Assembly (NCBI RefSeq): GCF_054482525.1
Contig: NZ_CM137006.1
Strand: one strand, 5' to 3'
Length of the DNA stretch: 64,000 nt
This document shows positions 1-11,660 of the stretch, piece by piece. The position numbers and the translations under genes were made by a program. The number at the start of each line of letters is the position of its first letter. Positions within the stretch are counted from its first letter, which is position 1. Below the pieces are notes generated by a model. It saw only the letters and a list, made by a program, of their open reading frames with translations. It did no database searches and was not told the DNA's origin.

Positions 1-1424
1 CGGGCTACAGCCGCCAGGGTAACCTGTATGCGGGCGACACCCAGAACACCAACTCTGACTCCTATACCCGCTCGAAATATGGCGATGAAACCAACCGTCT
101 GTATCGCCAGAACTACTCGCTGACATGGAACGGCGGCTGGGATAACGGCGTGACCACCAGCAACTGGGTGCAGTACGAACACACCCGTAACTCGCGTATT
201 CCGGAAGGTCTGGCGGGCGGTACCGAAGGGAAATTTAACGAAAAAGCGACACAGGATTTCGTCGATATCGATCTCGATGACGTGATGCTGCACAGCGAAG
301 TTAACCTGCCGATTGATTTCCTCGTTAACCAGACGCTGACGCTGGGTACGGAGTGGAATCAGCAGCGGATGAAGGATTTAAGTTCCAACACCCAGGCGCT
401 CACTGGGACGAATACCGGCGGTGCTATTGATGGCGTGAGTGCCACCGACCGTAGCCCGTATTCAAAAGCAGAAATTTTCTCGCTATTTGCCGAAAACAAT
501 ATGGAGCTGACTGACAGCACCATCGTAACGCCGGGGCTGCGTTTCGATCATCACAGCATTGTTGGCAATAACTGGAGTCCGGCGCTGAACATCTCGCAAG
601 GTTTAGGCGATGACTTCACGCTGAAAATGGGCATTGCCCGTGCTTATAAAGCGCCGAGTCTGTACCAGACTAACCCGAACTACATTCTCTACAGTAAAGG
701 TCAGGGCTGCTATGCCAGCGCGGGCGGCTGCTATCTGCAAGGTAATGATGACCTGAAAGCAGAAACCAGCATCAACAAAGAGATTGGTCTGGAGTTCAAA
801 CGCGACGGCTGGCTGGCGGGCGTCACCTGGTTCCGTAACGATTATCGCAATAAGATTGAAGCGGGCTATGTGGCTGTAGGGCAAAACGCAGTCGGCACCG
901 ATCTCTATCAGTGGGATAACGTACCGAAAGCGGTGGTTGAAGGTCTGGAAGGATCGTTAAACGTACCGGTTAGCGAAACGGTGATGTGGACCAATAACAT
1001 CACTTATATGCTGAAGAGTGAAAACAAAACCACGGGCGACCGTTTGTCGATCATCCCGGAGTATACGTTGAACTCAACGCTGAGCTGGCAGGCACGGGAA
1101 GATTTGTCGATGCAAACAACCTTCACCTGGTACGGCAAGCAGCAGCCGAAGAAGTACAACTATAAAGGTCAGCCAGCGGTTGGACCGGAAACCAAAGAAA
1201 TCAGCCCGTACAGCATTGTTGGCCTGAGCGCGACCTGGGATGTAACGAAGAATGTCAGTCTGACCGGCGGCGTGGACAACCTGTTCGACAAACGTTTGTG
1301 GCGTGCGGGTAATGCCCAGACCACAGGCGATCTGGCAGGAGCCAACTATATCGCCGGTGCCGGGGCATATACCTATAACGAGCCGGGACGTACGTGGTAT
1401 ATGAGCATTAATACTCACTTCTGA
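1..1424 (+). CDS. fepA: Ferric enterobactin outer membrane receptor FepA, 3-prime partial (C-terminal ~474 aa; gene starts before the window)
   Basis: Open frame from window start (codon phase 3) to stop at 1422-1424; translation GYSRQGNLYAGDTQ...RTWYMSINTHF has a TonB-dependent receptor C-terminus ending in F; recognised as FepA from memory. Confidence 0.9.
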   Translation, partial: GYSRQGNLYAGDTQNTNSDSYTRSKYGDETNRLYRQNYSLTWNGGWDNGVTTSNWVQYEHTRNSRIPEGLAGGTEGKFNEKATQDFVDIDLDDVMLHSEVNLPIDFLVNQTLTLGTEWNQQRMKDLSSNTQALTGTNTGGAIDGVSATDRSPYSKAEIFSLFAENNMELTDSTIVTPGLRFDHHSIVGNNWSPALNISQGLGDDFTLKMGIARAYKAPSLYQTNPNYILYSKGQGCYASAGGCYLQGNDDLKAETSINKEIGLEFKRDGWLAGVTWFRNDYRNKIEAGYVAVGQNAVGTDLYQWDNVPKAVVEGLEGSLNVPVSETVMWTNNITYMLKSENKTTGDRLSIIPEYTLNSTLSWQAREDLSMQTTFTWYGKQQPKKYNYKGQPAVGPETKEISPYSIVGLSATWDVTKNVSLTGGVDNLFDKRLWRAGNAQTTGDLAGANYIAGAGAYTYNEPGRTWYMSINTHF

Positions 1425-1463
1425 TGCTAACGTCAGATTGTTGACAAAGTGCGCGTCGTTCAT

Positions 1464-1561
1464 GCCGGATGCGGCGTGAACGCCTTATCCGGCCTACAAA
1501 AATCTTGCCAATTCAATATATTGCAGGACCACGTAGGCCTGATAAGCGTAGCGCATCAGGC
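1464..1561. repeat. REP pair with central IHF-like site (RIP/BIME-type element)
   Basis: gccggatgcggcgtgaacgccttatccggcctac ... aatcaatatattg ... gtaggcctgataagcgtagcgcatcaggc; a near-identical copy lies at 63293-63390. Confidence 0.8.
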
Positions 1562-1598
1562 AGTTTTGTGTTTGTCATCATTCTCTAATATGGTCGAC

Positions 1599-2219
1599 AT
1601 GAAAACTACGCATACCGCCCTCCCCTTTGCAGGACATACGCTGCATTTTGTTGAGTTTGATCCGGCGAGTTTTCGCGAGCAGGATTTACTCTGGCTGCCG
1701 CACTACGCGCAACTGCAACACGCTGGACGTAAACGTAAAACAGAGCATTTAGCCGGACGGATCGCTGCAGTTTATGCGCTGCGGGAATATGGCTATAAAT
1801 GTGTGCCCGCAATCGGCGAGCTACGCCAACCTGTGTGGCCTGCGGAGGTATACGGCAGTATTAGCCACTGTGGGGCTACGGCATTAGCCGTGGTATCTCG
1901 TCAACCGATTGGCATTGATATCGAAGAGATTTTCTCTGTACAAACCGCAAGAGAATTGACAAACAACATTATTACACCAGCAGAACACGAGCGACTCGCA
2001 GAATGCGGTTTAACCTTTTCTCTGGCGCTGACACTGGCATTTTCCGCCAAAGAGAGCGCATTTAAGGCAAGCAAGATACAGGCCACTCAAGGTTTTCTGG
2101 ATTATCAGATAATTAGCTGGAATAAACAGCAGATCATCATTCGACTAGAGGATGAGCAGTTTGCTGTGCACTGGCAGATAAAAGAAAAAATAGTCATAAC
2201 GCTGTGCCAACACGATTAA
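1599..2219 (+). CDS. entD: Phosphopantetheinyl transferase EntD (enterobactin synthase activation)
   Basis: 206-codon ORF starting MKTTHTALPFAGHTLHFVEF, downstream of fepA as in K-12; track ORF 1449..2219 has an in-frame upstream extension. Confidence 0.88.
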   Translation: MKTTHTALPFAGHTLHFVEFDPASFREQDLLWLPHYAQLQHAGRKRKTEHLAGRIAAVYALREYGYKCVPAIGELRQPVWPAEVYGSISHCGATALAVVSRQPIGIDIEEIFSVQTARELTNNIITPAEHERLAECGLTFSLALTLAFSAKESAFKASKIQATQGFLDYQIISWNKQQIIIRLEDEQFAVHWQIKEKIVITLCQHD

Positions 2220-2329
2220 TTGACAACATCTGGTACGATTCGCCCGCAGCCATCACTGACCACGGGCGAAAGTGTAAAGCAGGTGCCTTACCATCCTGAC
2301 CTGACAACCGGATATGCGGGGATTACTCC

Positions 2330-3668
2330 CATAAGCGCTAACTTAAGGGTTGAACCATCTGAAGAATGCGACGCCTCGGTGCCTCGTTAAGACGATGCCT
2401 CGCGTTCTTCAATTGCGTTTTGTAGGCTGTCAGGGATACTGTCCCACGAATGGCCACCTGTAAGCTCCAGATGACCATTTTTGTTATTCTCCACAACGAG
2501 TTAGTTCTTCTTTTCGGATCCGGCACTTCTGGGGGGGAAATCCAGCGATGGCTGGATTATGTCGTCAATTAAAAATGCGGCGAGTAGATTAGCAAATATC
2601 CACGCTTTCGCGAGTTCAGGTTCCTTTGCACGCAAAGCATCCAGGTGCAGCAAACTTTTGAGCCGCTTAAAAGCCAGTTCAATTTGCCATCGCAGACGGT
2701 AACAATCAGCCACTTGCTCTGCTGAATATTCATCTTCCGGTAATGATGTTAGCAATAGCACATGGCCCGCTGCTTCCAGCGTTTCCGCCTGAACTACTCG
2801 TCCTTTTCGACGATTCTCGCTGAGCAGTCGGGTTTTACTGATTAATGCTTTTTCGGGAGGAAGTGATACGGCAATGAGACGTGCCGGAAAGGGAGCTCCG
2901 GCTTTTTTATTACCTGAATTGCCTATCATTACAGTGGTTTCACCGTTCTTACCGCAATCCAGCCCGCGCAGAAAACCCATCATGTCAAAGCGCATTCCTT
3001 CTGCAGTTAACCAGCGCAATCCTCGCCAGTGAACCCGGACGATATAATCAGCTTCTCCAAAAGCAAGTGAGCGGATACATTCGGGACGCGAACCGAATCC
3101 CCGGTCAGCAATGCGTATCTCGTCTGCCGTTTGCGCAAATCGGTCCAGCCGTTCAGCGTCTCTGCTGTCGGTTAGCTCAAAATCAGTGAACTGACAGGTA
3201 TGAGGATCATATCCCATATGTAGTCGCCATTCAGCGCTGCCGCCCCCGGGCGCACTGATTGCTGTTCCATCGACAAGACGCAATCTCTTTCCGCTTGTAC
3301 AACCCGTAACTGCGGCGCGTACAGCAAGTGTTTGTGCGGCAAGTATGCCAAACCAGTCGGCGGCATTCCGCAGCCGCTTCAGGAGAGCCACGTCAGATAA
3401 TGTTGCAACGTCATGGAGCTGAGCCCATGCAGTGACTTCACGTAATGACATCCCCCCGGGGCCGTAAGCCAGCCCCAGACGTAGCAGAGTTGCAGCATCA
3501 CGAATTTCGCGGCGGCGGGTTAGAGCCCCGGCATTACGTGCCGAAGTATCCAGTTCTTCGGGCTTACCAATATGGGCCAGAATTGCTGACCAGTTATCGT
3601 GAGAGTAATTCATCGGCACGTTAAATCATATCAGGCGTAATACCACAACCCTTAAGTTAGCGCTTATG
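2330..3668 (-). mobile_element. IS186 (IS4 family), copy 1, 1339 bp
   Basis: Terminal inverted repeats cataagcgctaacttaagggttg (2330-2352) and its reverse complement (3646-3668); flanked by direct repeat ggattactcc (10-bp target duplication) within a GGGG-N6-CCCC hotspot. Confidence 0.92.
2501..3619 (-). CDS. insL: IS186 transposase InsL
   Basis: 372-aa ORF MPMNYSHDNWSAILAHIGKPEEL... (canonical start probably at MNYSHD, 3613); identical protein to the copy-2 ORF. Confidence 0.92.
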   Translation of the reverse strand: MPMNYSHDNWSAILAHIGKPEELDTSARNAGALTRRREIRDAATLLRLGLAYGPGGMSLREVTAWAQLHDVATLSDVALLKRLRNAADWFGILAAQTLAVRAAVTGCTSGKRLRLVDGTAISAPGGGSAEWRLHMGYDPHTCQFTDFELTDSRDAERLDRFAQTADEIRIADRGFGSRPECIRSLAFGEADYIVRVHWRGLRWLTAEGMRFDMMGFLRGLDCGKNGETTVMIGNSGNKKAGAPFPARLIAVSLPPEKALISKTRLLSENRRKGRVVQAETLEAAGHVLLLTSLPEDEYSAEQVADCYRLRWQIELAFKRLKSLLHLDALRAKEPELAKAWIFANLLAAFLIDDIIQPSLDFPPRSAGSEKKN

Positions 3669-3689
3669 GGATTACTCCCCGCACAACGG

Positions 3690-3842
3690 CTACTTCTTCG
3701 GTTCGTAAGCGAGAACAGCCTTAAACTCAATATTACGTTCCTTCACCGTAAACTCACACAGCGAGTCGCGGACCAGAAGCGTAAATCCCAGCACCGTTAA
3801 ACACAGCACTATGACTGCCACAAGGGCATATTTCGTCAGCAT
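3690..3842 (-). CDS. Hok-family type I toxin (hokE-like paralog, locus 1), 50 aa
   Basis: [50 protein letters not shown]; single TM helix plus the conserved R-D-S-L-C-E motif of Hok/Gef peptides; stop 21 bp from the IS186 end. Confidence 0.85.
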   Translation of the reverse strand: MLTKYALVAVIVLCLTVLGFTLLVRDSLCEFTVKERNIEFKAVLAYEPKK

Positions 3843-3987
3843 GTTTATATTGCCTCCATGCGAAGAAGGGACTACCATCCGAGTTGTTGAGGTTCGGAGT
3901 GGCAGCCCCAGGATTGATAGAAATATCTCCTGGGGCTTCATCTTTCCAGACCTCAGAGTAAACCTGAAACCGGAAAGCTTCAGGCAC
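3754..3987 (-). CDS. mok-like overlapping reading frame (locus 1); canonical mok ATG is shifted into the hok frame here
   Basis: 77-aa track ORF in the mok frame from a GTG at 3987; the ATG that starts Mok in locus 2 (atgaagccccag) is in frame with hok in locus 1 because of a 1-nt indel, giving the 83-aa track ORF 3690..3941. Confidence 0.4.
   Translation of the reverse strand: MPEAFRFQVYSEVWKDEAPGDISINPGAATPNLNNSDGSPFFAWRQYKHADEICPCGSHSAVFNGAGIYASGPRLAV
3885..3945 (+). ncRNA. Putative Sok-type antisense RNA (locus 1)
   Basis: Plus-strand promoter-like TTGCCT (3850-3855), 17-bp spacer, TACCAT (3873-3878), antisense to the hok/mok leader; placement by analogy to K-12 sokE/hokE spacing. Ends are approximate. 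Confidence 0.35.
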
Positions 3988-4181
3988 CCGCTGTTATCTT
4001 ACCCTTCCTTAGCAAAATAACTGTTTATTTATACAGCTAGTCCTGTTTCGGACTTCTGTTGGCAACACTCGTTATTGCTCGTAAAACGACATCGCCCGCA
4101 GCCATTGCTGACCGCGGGCGAAAGTGTAAAGCAGGTGCCTTACCACCCTGACCTGACAACCGGATATGCGGGGATTACTCC

Positions 4182-5520
4182 CATAAGCGCTAACTTAAGG
4201 GTTGTGGTATTACGCCTGATATGATTTAACGTGCCGATGAATTACTCTCACGATAACTGGTCAGCAATTCTGGCCCATATTGGTAAGCCCGAAGAACTGG
4301 ATACTTCGGCACGTAATGCCGGGGCTCTAACCCGCCGCCGCGAAATTCGTGATGCTGCAACTCTGCTACGTCTGGGGCTGGCTTACGGCCCCGGGGGGAT
4401 GTCATTACGTGAAGTCACTGCATGGGCTCAGCTCCATGACGTTGCAACATTATCTGACGTGGCTCTCCTGAAGCGGCTGCGGAATGCCGCCGACTGGTTT
4501 GGCATACTTGCCGCACAAACACTTGCTGTACGCGCCGCAGTTACGGGTTGTACAAGCGGAAAGAGATTGCGTCTTGTCGATGGAACAGCAATCAGTGCGC
4601 CCGGGGGCGGCAGCGCTGAATGGCGACTACATATGGGATATGATCCTCATACCTGTCAGTTCACTGATTTTGAGCTAACCGACAGCAGAGACGCTGAACG
4701 GCTGGACCGATTTGCGCAAACGGCAGACGAGATACGCATTGCTGACCGGGGATTCGGTTCGCGTCCCGAATGTATCCGCTCACTTGCTTTTGGAGAAGCT
4801 GATTATATCGTCCGGGTTCACTGGCGAGGATTGCGCTGGTTAACTGCAGAAGGAATGCGCTTTGACATGATGGGTTTTCTGCGCGGGCTGGATTGCGGTA
4901 AGAACGGTGAAACCACTGTAATGATAGGCAATTCAGGTAATAAAAAAGCCGGAGCTCCCTTTCCGGCACGTCTCATTGCCGTATCACTTCCTCCCGAAAA
5001 AGCATTAATCAGTAAAACCCGACTGCTCAGCGAGAATCGTCGAAAAGGACGAGTAGTTCAGGCGGAAACGCTGGAAGCAGCGGGCCATGTGCTATTGCTA
5101 ACATCATTACCGGAAGATGAATATTCAGCAGAGCAAGTGGCTGATTGTTACCGTCTGCGATGGCAAATTGAACTGGCTTTTAAGCGGCTCAAAAGTTTGC
5201 TGCACCTGGATGCTTTGCGTGCAAAGGAACCTGAACTCGCGAAAGCGTGGATATTTGCTAATCTACTCGCCGCATTTTTAATTGACGACATAATCCAGCC
5301 ATCGCTGGATTTCCCCCCCAGAAGTGCCGGATCCGAAAAGAAGAACTAACTCGTTGTGGAGAATAACAAAAATGGTCATCTGGAGCTTACAGGTGGCCAT
5401 TCGTGGGACAGTATCCCTGACAGCCTACAAAACGCAATTGAAGAACGCGAGGCATCGTCTTAACGAGGCACCGAGGCGTCGCATTCTTCAGATGGTTCAA
5501 CCCTTAAGTTAGCGCTTATG
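4182..5520 (+). mobile_element. IS186 (IS4 family), copy 2, 1339 bp, inverted relative to copy 1
   Basis: Same 23-bp terminal inverted repeats (4182-4204 and 5498-5520); same ggattactcc flanking duplication in a second copy of the hok 3-prime region; internal ORFs are identical to copy 1. Confidence 0.92.
4231..5349 (+). CDS. insL: IS186 transposase InsL
   Basis: 372-aa ORF identical to the 2501..3619 protein. Confidence 0.92.
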   Translation: MPMNYSHDNWSAILAHIGKPEELDTSARNAGALTRRREIRDAATLLRLGLAYGPGGMSLREVTAWAQLHDVATLSDVALLKRLRNAADWFGILAAQTLAVRAAVTGCTSGKRLRLVDGTAISAPGGGSAEWRLHMGYDPHTCQFTDFELTDSRDAERLDRFAQTADEIRIADRGFGSRPECIRSLAFGEADYIVRVHWRGLRWLTAEGMRFDMMGFLRGLDCGKNGETTVMIGNSGNKKAGAPFPARLIAVSLPPEKALISKTRLLSENRRKGRVVQAETLEAAGHVLLLTSLPEDEYSAEQVADCYRLRWQIELAFKRLKSLLHLDALRAKEPELAKAWIFANLLAAFLIDDIIQPSLDFPPRSAGSEKKN

Positions 5521-5541
5521 GGATTACTCCCCGCACAACGG

Positions 5542-5694
5542 CTACTTCTTCGGTTCGTAAGCGAGAACAGCCTTAAACTCAATATTACGTTCCTTCACCG
5601 TAAACTCACACAGCGAGTCTCCGACCAGAAGCGTAAATCCCAGCACCGTCAAACACAGCACTATGACTGCCGCAAGGGCATATTTCGTCAGCAT
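5542..5694 (-). CDS. hokE: Hok-family type I toxin HokE-like (locus 2, adjacent to ybdK), 50 aa
   Basis: [50 protein letters not shown]; position next to ybdK matches K-12 hokE; has G where locus 1 and other Hok peptides have R. Confidence 0.8.
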   Translation of the reverse strand: MLTKYALAAVIVLCLTVLGFTLLVGDSLCEFTVKERNIEFKAVLAYEPKK

Positions 5695-5794
5695 GTTTAT
5701 ATTGCCTCCATGCGAAGAAGGGACTACCATCCAAATTGTTTGGGTTTGGAGTGGCAGCCCCAGGGTTGATAGAAATATCGTCCTGGGGCTTCAT
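5606..5794 (-). CDS. Mok (modulation of killing) overlapping reading frame, locus 2
   Basis: 62-aa [65 protein letters not shown] starting upstream of hok and ending inside it in a different frame, the canonical hok/mok arrangement. Confidence 0.55.
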   Translation of the reverse strand: MKPQDDISINPGAATPNPNNLDGSPFFAWRQYKHADEICPCGSHSAVFDGAGIYASGRRLAV

Positions 5795-5797
5795 CTT
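5737..5797 (+). ncRNA. sokE: Putative Sok-type antisense RNA (sokE-like, locus 2)
   Basis: Plus-strand TTGCCT (5702-5707), 17 bp, TACCAT (5725-5730); predicted transcript is antisense to the mok start region. Ends are approximate. Confidence 0.4.
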
Positions 5798-6125
5798 TCC
5801 AGACCTCAGAGTAAACCTGAAACCGGAAAGCTTCAGGCACCCGCCGTTATCTTACCCTTCCTTAGCAAAATGGCTGTTTATTTATACAGTAAGTCCTGTT
5901 TCGGACTTCTCAATCCTCATTTGATCAACTGAAGCTGAACCCGTTTTTTTCTGCATGCCTCAATCGTCAAAATTCTTCGCCACCAGTCCGCACTGCCATA
6001 ACTTGTCATATTGCAAAATGTAGCCAATTTGCTTCAGTCACCATCATCAAAAAAAAACATTCCAGAACTTCCGCATCTCGCCCAGTCGCTCCCACTTCTA
6101 TACTGAATAGAAAACGCCAACATAA

Positions 6126-7253
<1,128 letters not shown>

Positions 7254-7318
7254 GCCGGGAATTGCCTTACAGAAGAATATCCCTGACAATGGTGTTTTAA
7301 CTTACATTTAACAATGTT

Positions 7319-7567
7319 ATGAAACACCCTTTAGAAACCTTGACCACCGCAGCAGGCATTTTGCTGATGGCTTTCCTTTCTTGCCTGCTGCTGCCCGCCC
7401 CCGCACTGGGGCTGACGCTGGCACAAAAACTGGTGACCATGTTCCATCTGATGGATCTTAGCCAGCTTTACACTTTATTGTTTTGTCTGTGGTTTTTAGT
7501 GCTGGGCGCTATTGAGTATTTTGTTCTGCGCTTTATCTGGCGACGCTGGTTCTCGCTGGCGGATTAA
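7319..7567 (+). CDS. ybdJ: Small inner-membrane protein YbdJ
   Basis: 82-aa hydrophobic ORF in the K-12 ybdJ position. Confidence 0.75.
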   Translation: MKHPLETLTTAAGILLMAFLSCLLLPAPALGLTLAQKLVTMFHLMDLSQLYTLLFCLWFLVLGAIEYFVLRFIWRRWFSLAD

Positions 7568-7631
7568 ACGTCGATTATCGCCGTACTTCGCGGCATACTT
7601 TGCTTATTCTCCTTCGCCTAAAGGAACGTTT

Positions 7632-8000
7632 ATGGATAAGCAATCACTGCGCGAAACGGCGAAACGCCTGGCCCTTGAGTTACCCTTTGTCGAGCTTTGC
7701 TGGCCTTTTGGCCCGGAGTTCGATGTTTTTAAAATTGGCGGCAAGATTTTTATGCTGTCGTCGGAGCTGCGCGGCGTCCCCTTTATCAATCTGAAGTCCG
7801 ATCCACAAAAATCCCTGTTAAATCAGCAAATATACCCGAGCATCAAGCCAGGGTATCACATGAATAAAAAGCACTGGATTTCAGTGTATCCCGGCGAGGA
7901 AATCTCCGAAGCGTTACTTCGCGATCTGATCAACGATTCGTGGAATCTGGTGGTTGATGGTCTGGCTAAACGCGATCAAAAAAGAGTGCGTCCAGGCTAA
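7632..8000 (+). CDS. ybdF: Uncharacterised protein YbdF
   Basis: 122 codons from [21 protein letters not shown]; the longer track ORF 7512..8000 is an in-frame upstream extension. Confidence 0.8.
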   Translation: MDKQSLRETAKRLALELPFVELCWPFGPEFDVFKIGGKIFMLSSELRGVPFINLKSDPQKSLLNQQIYPSIKPGYHMNKKHWISVYPGEEISEALLRDLINDSWNLVVDGLAKRDQKRVRPG

Positions 8001-8093
8001 AGCGGAAATCTATAGCGCATTTTTCTCGCTTACCATTTCTCGTTGAACCTTGTAATCTGCTGGCACGCAAAATTACTTTCACATGGAGTCTTT

Positions 8094-8747
8094 ATGGATA
8101 TCATTTCTGTCGCCTTAAAGCGTCATTCCACTAAGGCATTTGATGCCAGCAAAAAACTTACCCCGGAACAGGCCGAGCAGATCAAAACTCTCCTGCAATA
8201 CAGCCCATCCAGCACCAACTCCCAGCCATGGCATTTTATTGTTGCCAGCACGGAAGAAGGTAAAGCGCGTGTTGCCAAATCCGCTGCCGATAATTACGTG
8301 TTCAACGAGCGTAAAATACTTGATGCCTCGCACGTCGTGGTGTTCTGTGCAAAAACCGCGATGGACGATGCCTGGCTGAAGCTGGTTGTTGACCAGGAAG
8401 ATGCCGATGGCCGCTTTGCCACGCCGGAAGCGAAAGCCGCGAACGATAAAGGTCGCAAGTTCTTCGCCGATATGCACCGTAAAGATCTGCATGATGATGC
8501 GCAGTGGATGGCAAAACAGGTTTATCTCAACGTCGGTAACTTCCTGCTCGGCGTGGCGGCTCTGGGTCTGGACGCGGTGCCCATCGAAGGTTTTGACGCC
8601 GCCATCCTCGATGAAGAATTTGGTCTGAAAGAGAAAGGCTACACCAGTCTGGTGGTTGTTCCGGTAGGTCATCACAGCGTTGAAGATTTTAACGCTACGC
8701 TGCCGAAATCTCGTCTGCCGCAAAACATCACCTTAACCGAAGTGTAA
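8094..8747 (+). CDS. nfsB: Oxygen-insensitive NAD(P)H nitroreductase NfsB
   Basis: 217 codons from [26 protein letters not shown]...; nitroreductase family. Confidence 0.9.
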   Translation: MDIISVALKRHSTKAFDASKKLTPEQAEQIKTLLQYSPSSTNSQPWHFIVASTEEGKARVAKSAADNYVFNERKILDASHVVVFCAKTAMDDAWLKLVVDQEDADGRFATPEAKAANDKGRKFFADMHRKDLHDDAQWMAKQVYLNVGNFLLGVAALGLDAVPIEGFDAAILDEEFGLKEKGYTSLVVVPVGHHSVEDFNATLPKSRLPQNITLTEV

Positions 8748-8806
8748 TTCTCTCTTGCCGGGCATCTGCCCGGCTATTTCCCCTCAGATTCTCCTGATTT
8801 GCATAA

Positions 8807-10102
<1,296 letters not shown>

Positions 10103-10103
10103 T

Positions 10104-10141
10104 TAAAAAAACCGCTCTCATCGAATGGATGAGAGCGGTTT
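10104..10141. terminator. Bidirectional rho-independent terminator between convergent ybdG and pheP
   Basis: A-run, stem ccgctctcatc / gatgagagcgg with loop gaatg, then T-run. Confidence 0.75.
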
Positions 10142-10182
10142 CGGATGGTTGACATCATTTTGTCGGATACGGCGCGAATGCC

Positions 10183-11559
10183 TTATTTCCGACGCAGCGT
10201 TTTAAACGCTACAAACAGGAATACAATCCACACTGGCAGCAGAATCGCTGACAAGCGCATATCATCCATCGTGCACATCAGCAGCAAAATCATGCCGAGG
10301 AAGGCGATGCAAAGATAGTTGCCGAACGGATAGAGCAGCGCCTTAAACTGTGTTTCACGTCCCTGACGTCGCATCGCCGCGCGAAAACGCAGATGCGCCA
10401 GGCAGATCATAATCCAGTTCAATAGCAGCGTTGCTACCACCAGCGCCATCAGCAGACCAAACGCTTTTTGCGGCAGCAGATAGTTGATTAACACCACCAG
10501 CGAAGTGATGGCTCCGGAAAGCATCAGCGAGTTAATCGGCACGCCGCGACGGCTGACGCGAGTCAAAAACTTCGGCGCATTACCCTGCACAGAAAGGCCA
10601 AACAGCATGCGGCTGTTAGAGTAAACCCCGCTGTTATACACCGATAATGATGCTACCAGAATGACGAAGTTCAGCGCAGAAGCCACCACGTTGCTGTCGA
10701 GATTATGGAAAATCATCACAAACGGGCTACTGTTGGATTTCACTTCCACCCACGGATAGAGTGCCAGTAAAACCACCAGTGAACCGATGTAAAACAGCAG
10801 GATGCGATACACCACCTGATTCACTGCTTTAGGGATGCTTTTTTCCGGAGCGCGCGCTTCAGCGGCAGTAATCCCAATCAGCTCCAGCCCGCCGAAGGAG
10901 AACATAATCACCGCCAGCGACAAAATCAGCCCATTCCAGCCGGTGGCAAAAAAACCACCGTAGCGCCAGAGGTTATCGATACTGGCTTTCTCGCCGCCGT
11001 GACCAGAAAACAGCAGCCACAGACCAAAGCCGATCATGCCGATGATCGCCAGCACTTTAATCAGCGCAAACCAGAACTCGGTTTCGCCATATAAGCGCAC
11101 GTTCACCAGGTTAACGGCGTTGATGATAATAAAGAAGGCGGCAGCCCAAATCCACGTTGGAACATCCGGGAACCAGTACTGCATATAGATGCCCGCAGCG
11201 GTCAGCTCTGCCATTCCCACCAGCACGAACATTACCCAGTAGTTCCAGCCAGAGAGGAAGCCCGCAAACGGTCCCCAGTATTTATAGGCAAAGTGGGCAA
11301 ATGAACCGGATACCGGCTCCTCAACCACCATTTCGCCAAGCTGGCGCATAATCAGGAAAGCGATGATCCCGGCGACGCCGTAGCCCAGCAATACAGCCGG
11401 ACCCGCCATCTGAATCGCCGGGCCAATGCCAAGAAACAGACCAGTACCAATTGCGCCACCCAGCGCAATCAGTTGAATATGACGGTTATGTAATCCGCGA
11501 TGAAGCGTCGGCTCTTGATTCGACGCAGTATCTTCCGATACGGTTGACGCGTTTTTCAC
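10183..11559 (-). CDS. pheP: Phenylalanine-specific permease PheP (APC family)
   Basis: Track ORF 10183..11595; probable GTG start at 11559 giving about 458 aa (..KNASTVSEDTASNQEPTLHRGLHNRHIQLIALGGAIG..). Confidence 0.88.
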   Translation of the reverse strand: MKNASTVSEDTASNQEPTLHRGLHNRHIQLIALGGAIGTGLFLGIGPAIQMAGPAVLLGYGVAGIIAFLIMRQLGEMVVEEPVSGSFAHFAYKYWGPFAGFLSGWNYWVMFVLVGMAELTAAGIYMQYWFPDVPTWIWAAAFFIIINAVNLVNVRLYGETEFWFALIKVLAIIGMIGFGLWLLFSGHGGEKASIDNLWRYGGFFATGWNGLILSLAVIMFSFGGLELIGITAAEARAPEKSIPKAVNQVVYRILLFYIGSLVVLLALYPWVEVKSNSSPFVMIFHNLDSNVVASALNFVILVASLSVYNSGVYSNSRMLFGLSVQGNAPKFLTRVSRRGVPINSLMLSGAITSLVVLINYLLPQKAFGLLMALVVATLLLNWIMICLAHLRFRAAMRRQGRETQFKALLYPFGNYLCIAFLGMILLLMCTMDDMRLSAILLPVWIVFLFVAFKTLRRK

Positions 11560-11660
11560 GCCTTTCCCCTGTGTGTCTTTTTTGTTGAGGGGCACCTTTT
11601 AACATTTAGTGCCCATCGTCGCAAGACACAATCCACACGGTTAAACCGGGTATCCTGCTT

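Noticed and set aside
3690-3941. The 83-aa ORF as an independent novel gene
   Set aside because: It is the hok frame extended upstream to the mok ATG by a 1-nt indel, so it is treated as a hok/mok variant.
2241-5930. The 1852-bp periodic repeat as a CRISPR array or a pure assembly artefact
   Set aside because: The repeat unit is an IS186 plus a hok locus, not short repeats with spacers. A simple collapsed or duplicated assembly is unlikely as sole explanation because the two units differ at about 4 percent of non-IS positions and carry the IS in opposite orientations, though only long reads can exclude it.
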